The notes beneath the pieces are model-generated. The model was given only the letters and a program-made list of their open reading frames with translations, had not been told where the DNA came from and did no database searches. The position numbers and the translations under genes are program-made. This document shows positions 61,843 to 64,000 of a DNA stretch of 64,000 bases, piece after piece. Source of the DNA: Escherichia phage vB_EcoM_DalCa; sequence record NC_054908.1; one strand, 5' to 3'. Positions within the stretch are counted from its first letter, which is position 1, and the number at the start of each line of letters is the position of its first letter.

Positions 61843-62061
61843 TTATGCTTTGCGACTAAATTGTTCATAGTGCTGAATTACCTCTCTTAAACATTTGCAT
61901 GTGAATGAAAACTTTTTAGCTACACCACATTCAAATATATGTTCTCTTAAATCACGTGTATCAGTATATCCCATCTCAACAATAAAATGCCTTATTAGAT
62001 TTTTATCTTTATCATTGAGAGAATTAAAATAATCAGATTTTGAATTAATTTCCCTGGCCAA
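61843..62061 (-). CDS. Hypothetical small protein (arn.x block)
   Basis: 72 aa ORF. Confidence 0.5.
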   Translation of the reverse strand: MAREINSKSDYFNSLNDKDKNLIRHFIVEMGYTDTRDLREHIFECGVAKKFSFTCKCLREVIQHYEQFSRKA

Positions 62062-62341
62062 ATTGAATCACCTTCAGTTGACGTTTTAGCTCTTTTATCA
62101 TCTCTTCGTTCATCGCAATATAAAGATCGCGTAAAGCAGGTTTTATCATTCCATTTATTGGGGAACTAAATGGGCATACATAATCTTTTCCTACGAGCTT
62201 TTTAGTGAATTCCATATCACAAAACTGAAATGCAGGTTCATTAGCATAAATTCCCCAATTGGTTGACATCATTTTATTGGCATATTCCAATGCTTGGATT
62301 TGATTAGTAATTCCATCAATTTGAAACTTTTTAATATTCAT
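62045..62341 (-). CDS. Hypothetical protein (arn.x block)
   Basis: 98 aa ORF. Confidence 0.55.
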   Translation of the reverse strand: MNIKKFQIDGITNQIQALEYANKMMSTNWGIYANEPAFQFCDMEFTKKLVGKDYVCPFSSPINGMIKPALRDLYIAMNEEMIKELKRQLKVIQFGQGN

Positions 62342-62808
62342 TAGTAAAGGTCCTCGGAGTAAAGTTCTTTTTCACTACCACCACGTTCAATACGCACTTG
62401 TCCAGCGTAAGTTGCAATAATCATTGCTTCTTCACGTGTCCAGTAATTGCTATACTGGTCAATAAATCCTTGGTCTTCACCACAAACATGGTCTGATACA
62501 AGTTTATCACTTACCTGGTCAAGAACTTCAGCCATATCTTTAGAATAATGACGAGCACCAGGAATAACCAGAGTCCCACCATCTTTTAACTTAAAGCGGT
62601 TGGCTGCACACACAATTCGACGTTGATATTTTTCATTATTGTTCCAATGAGCTACTTGCCAACAGATTTCAGGAACCTCTTCTAAAACATCCTCTTCCGT
62701 ATATTCGGTGTAGTCGCCATAGGCCTGTAATTTAGCTGCTAGACTTTCTGGAGTTTCACGTAATAAAGCCAGGTCTAATAATTCAAGACGCTCTTTGAAG
62801 GTTTTCAT
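62341..62808 (-). CDS. Hypothetical protein (arn.x block)
   Basis: 155 aa ORF; ATGA overlap with the downstream ORF. Confidence 0.6.
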   Translation of the reverse strand: MKTFKERLELLDLALLRETPESLAAKLQAYGDYTEYTEEDVLEEVPEICWQVAHWNNNEKYQRRIVCAANRFKLKDGGTLVIPGARHYSKDMAEVLDQVSDKLVSDHVCGEDQGFIDQYSNYWTREEAMIIATYAGQVRIERGGSEKELYSEDLY

Positions 62809-62960
62809 TTGGTTTCCTCAACACTTTTAATTTTTATAGCTTGTTTAGAACTTTCAAAGCATTGACAATATACTCTTACCGCATCAAACTGGTTGGCCGC
62901 TTTAAGATGGACTACACCTTCGTCGTTATAAAATTCTACGACAATTTTAAATGTTTTCAT
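62805..62960 (-). CDS. Candidate 51 aa ORF ([20 protein letters not shown]...) not in ORF track
   Basis: ATGA overlap with the upstream 109 aa ORF stop and with the downstream 155 aa ORF start. Confidence 0.5.
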   Translation of the reverse strand: MKTFKIVVEFYNDEGVVHLKAANQFDAVRVYCQCFESSKQAIKIKSVEETK

Positions 62961-63286
62961 TTAAACCATCCTTTAATACGTTGCCATAAAGTTTTCTGTT
63001 GAGCTTTGTTAACACCAATTGAACGAATAACTGGTTGAGATTCCTGAAATTCTTTATAATCAGCAAGGTAAATTTCGTAAGCTGCATCCGTAAATGAACT
63101 TATCGCTGCCATAAAATTATTGCGAATACCTACTGGAGCATCTTTACTTTCACGAATAATCATGTATTTACCAGTCTTAATCTTTACGATAGTTCCAAGA
63201 TAAGCTCCATGGTACCAGATGTCCCAACCCTCTTGAGTAGGTTCTACACAACGACGAAGTTCATTGACAATTTCTAACTTGTTCAT
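62957..63286 (-). CDS. Hypothetical protein downstream of motA
   Basis: 109 aa ORF. Confidence 0.55.
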   Translation of the reverse strand: MNKLEIVNELRRCVEPTQEGWDIWYHGAYLGTIVKIKTGKYMIIRESKDAPVGIRNNFMAAISSFTDAAYEIYLADYKEFQESQPVIRSIGVNKAQQKTLWQRIKGWFK

Positions 63287-63296
63287 TATTTATTCC

Positions 63297-63932
63297 TCAC
63301 AGTTCAGATGCTACAGTGATTACAGCTTCAATGTTTTCTGCCGAGCGTTTAATGTCAAGATACACATTACCGTTTTTAGCGATTTTACATGACATTCCGA
63401 TATCAGTAAATTTCTGAATATGATGTTCCATCATTTTGTATCCAAAAATTCGCATATTTCCATTATTGTTAATTTCAAAATTACGAATTCCGTGAGTGCG
63501 TTTTTCTAAAATGGCAAGATAATTACTACGATAAGTTTCAACCTTTTTAAGAACAAATCCATTTTCATCTAAAAGTTTTAACATGAGGTCTTTATCTTCT
63601 TCCATATCAGAAGTAATCTCACGAGCTTTACGAGTTGCTCGTTTTTTCAGTAGTTCAGGAGCATTTTCCTGTGCATATAAAGTTGCCGCATTTGAAATAA
63701 TATCCTGAGCTTCACCAGTAATGATTAATCCATCACCAGATTTCTCCACCAGGCCTTTTTTAATCAATACCCCAATATTACTATTAACTACTGCGTTACC
63801 TAAATCTGGATGCACCTCACGAACTTCTGCGGCTGTAATGAAATCTTTCTTAGCAATGGTAATTAAAATCGCAGCAGTTTTTTCATTCAGAACATCGTTA
63901 GAAGCTTTGATGATGTAAGTTACTTTAGACAT
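63297..63932 (-). CDS. motA: MotA middle-promoter transcription activator
   Basis: 211 aa, same length as T4 MotA; position. Confidence 0.9.
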   Translation of the reverse strand: MSKVTYIIKASNDVLNEKTAAILITIAKKDFITAAEVREVHPDLGNAVVNSNIGVLIKKGLVEKSGDGLIITGEAQDIISNAATLYAQENAPELLKKRATRKAREITSDMEEDKDLMLKLLDENGFVLKKVETYRSNYLAILEKRTHGIRNFEINNNGNMRIFGYKMMEHHIQKFTDIGMSCKIAKNGNVYLDIKRSAENIEAVITVASEL

Positions 63933-64000
63933 TTTAATCTCCGTTTCAGTTCATTTATTTGATAGGTCTATAGTATCATGTTTAAAGCAGAAGTAAACAC

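Overview
This 64 kb window is a contiguous block of a T-even (T4-like, Tequatrovirus-type) myovirus genome, read from protein motifs and T4 gene order recalled from memory (no database search was possible). Plus strand: late structural genes 18(partial)-19-20-67-68-21-22-23-24, uvsW, baseplate hub genes 51-27-28-29-48-54, tail fibre genes 34-35-36-37-38 and holin t. Minus strand: rnlB, hoc, inh, uvsY, 25-26, two tandem Alt ADP-ribosyltransferases, DNA ligase 30, the 30.x hyperplastic block, rIII, 31, cd, pseT, a spanin pair, alc, rnlA, denA, nrdB, nrdA, td, frd, 32, 59, 33, dsbA, rnh, asiA, arn and motA. Gene starts are tightly coupled (many ATGA/TAATG overlaps), with TATAAATA late promoters, GTTTAC-type early promoters, a MotA-box middle promoter and GC-rich hairpin terminators. 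It is not T4 itself: td and nrdB are uninterrupted, no homing-endonuclease ORFs sit at the sites I remember for T4, gp38 is the glycine-rich T2-type adhesin, gp37 carries a C-terminal self-cleaving chaperone-like domain, and Hoc is longer. I found no foreign multi-gene system (no CRISPR, tRNA, transposon or obvious defence island). The most notable single observations are an in-frame TGA splitting rnlB, the tandem Alt paralogues beside a NADAR-like/HAD-like pair, an extra ORF between frd and td, and several small coupled ORFs missing from the ORF track. Coordinates for elements not in the ORF track were hand-counted and may be off by 1-2 nt. One track entry (31862..32080) is labelled + but is encoded on the minus strand.
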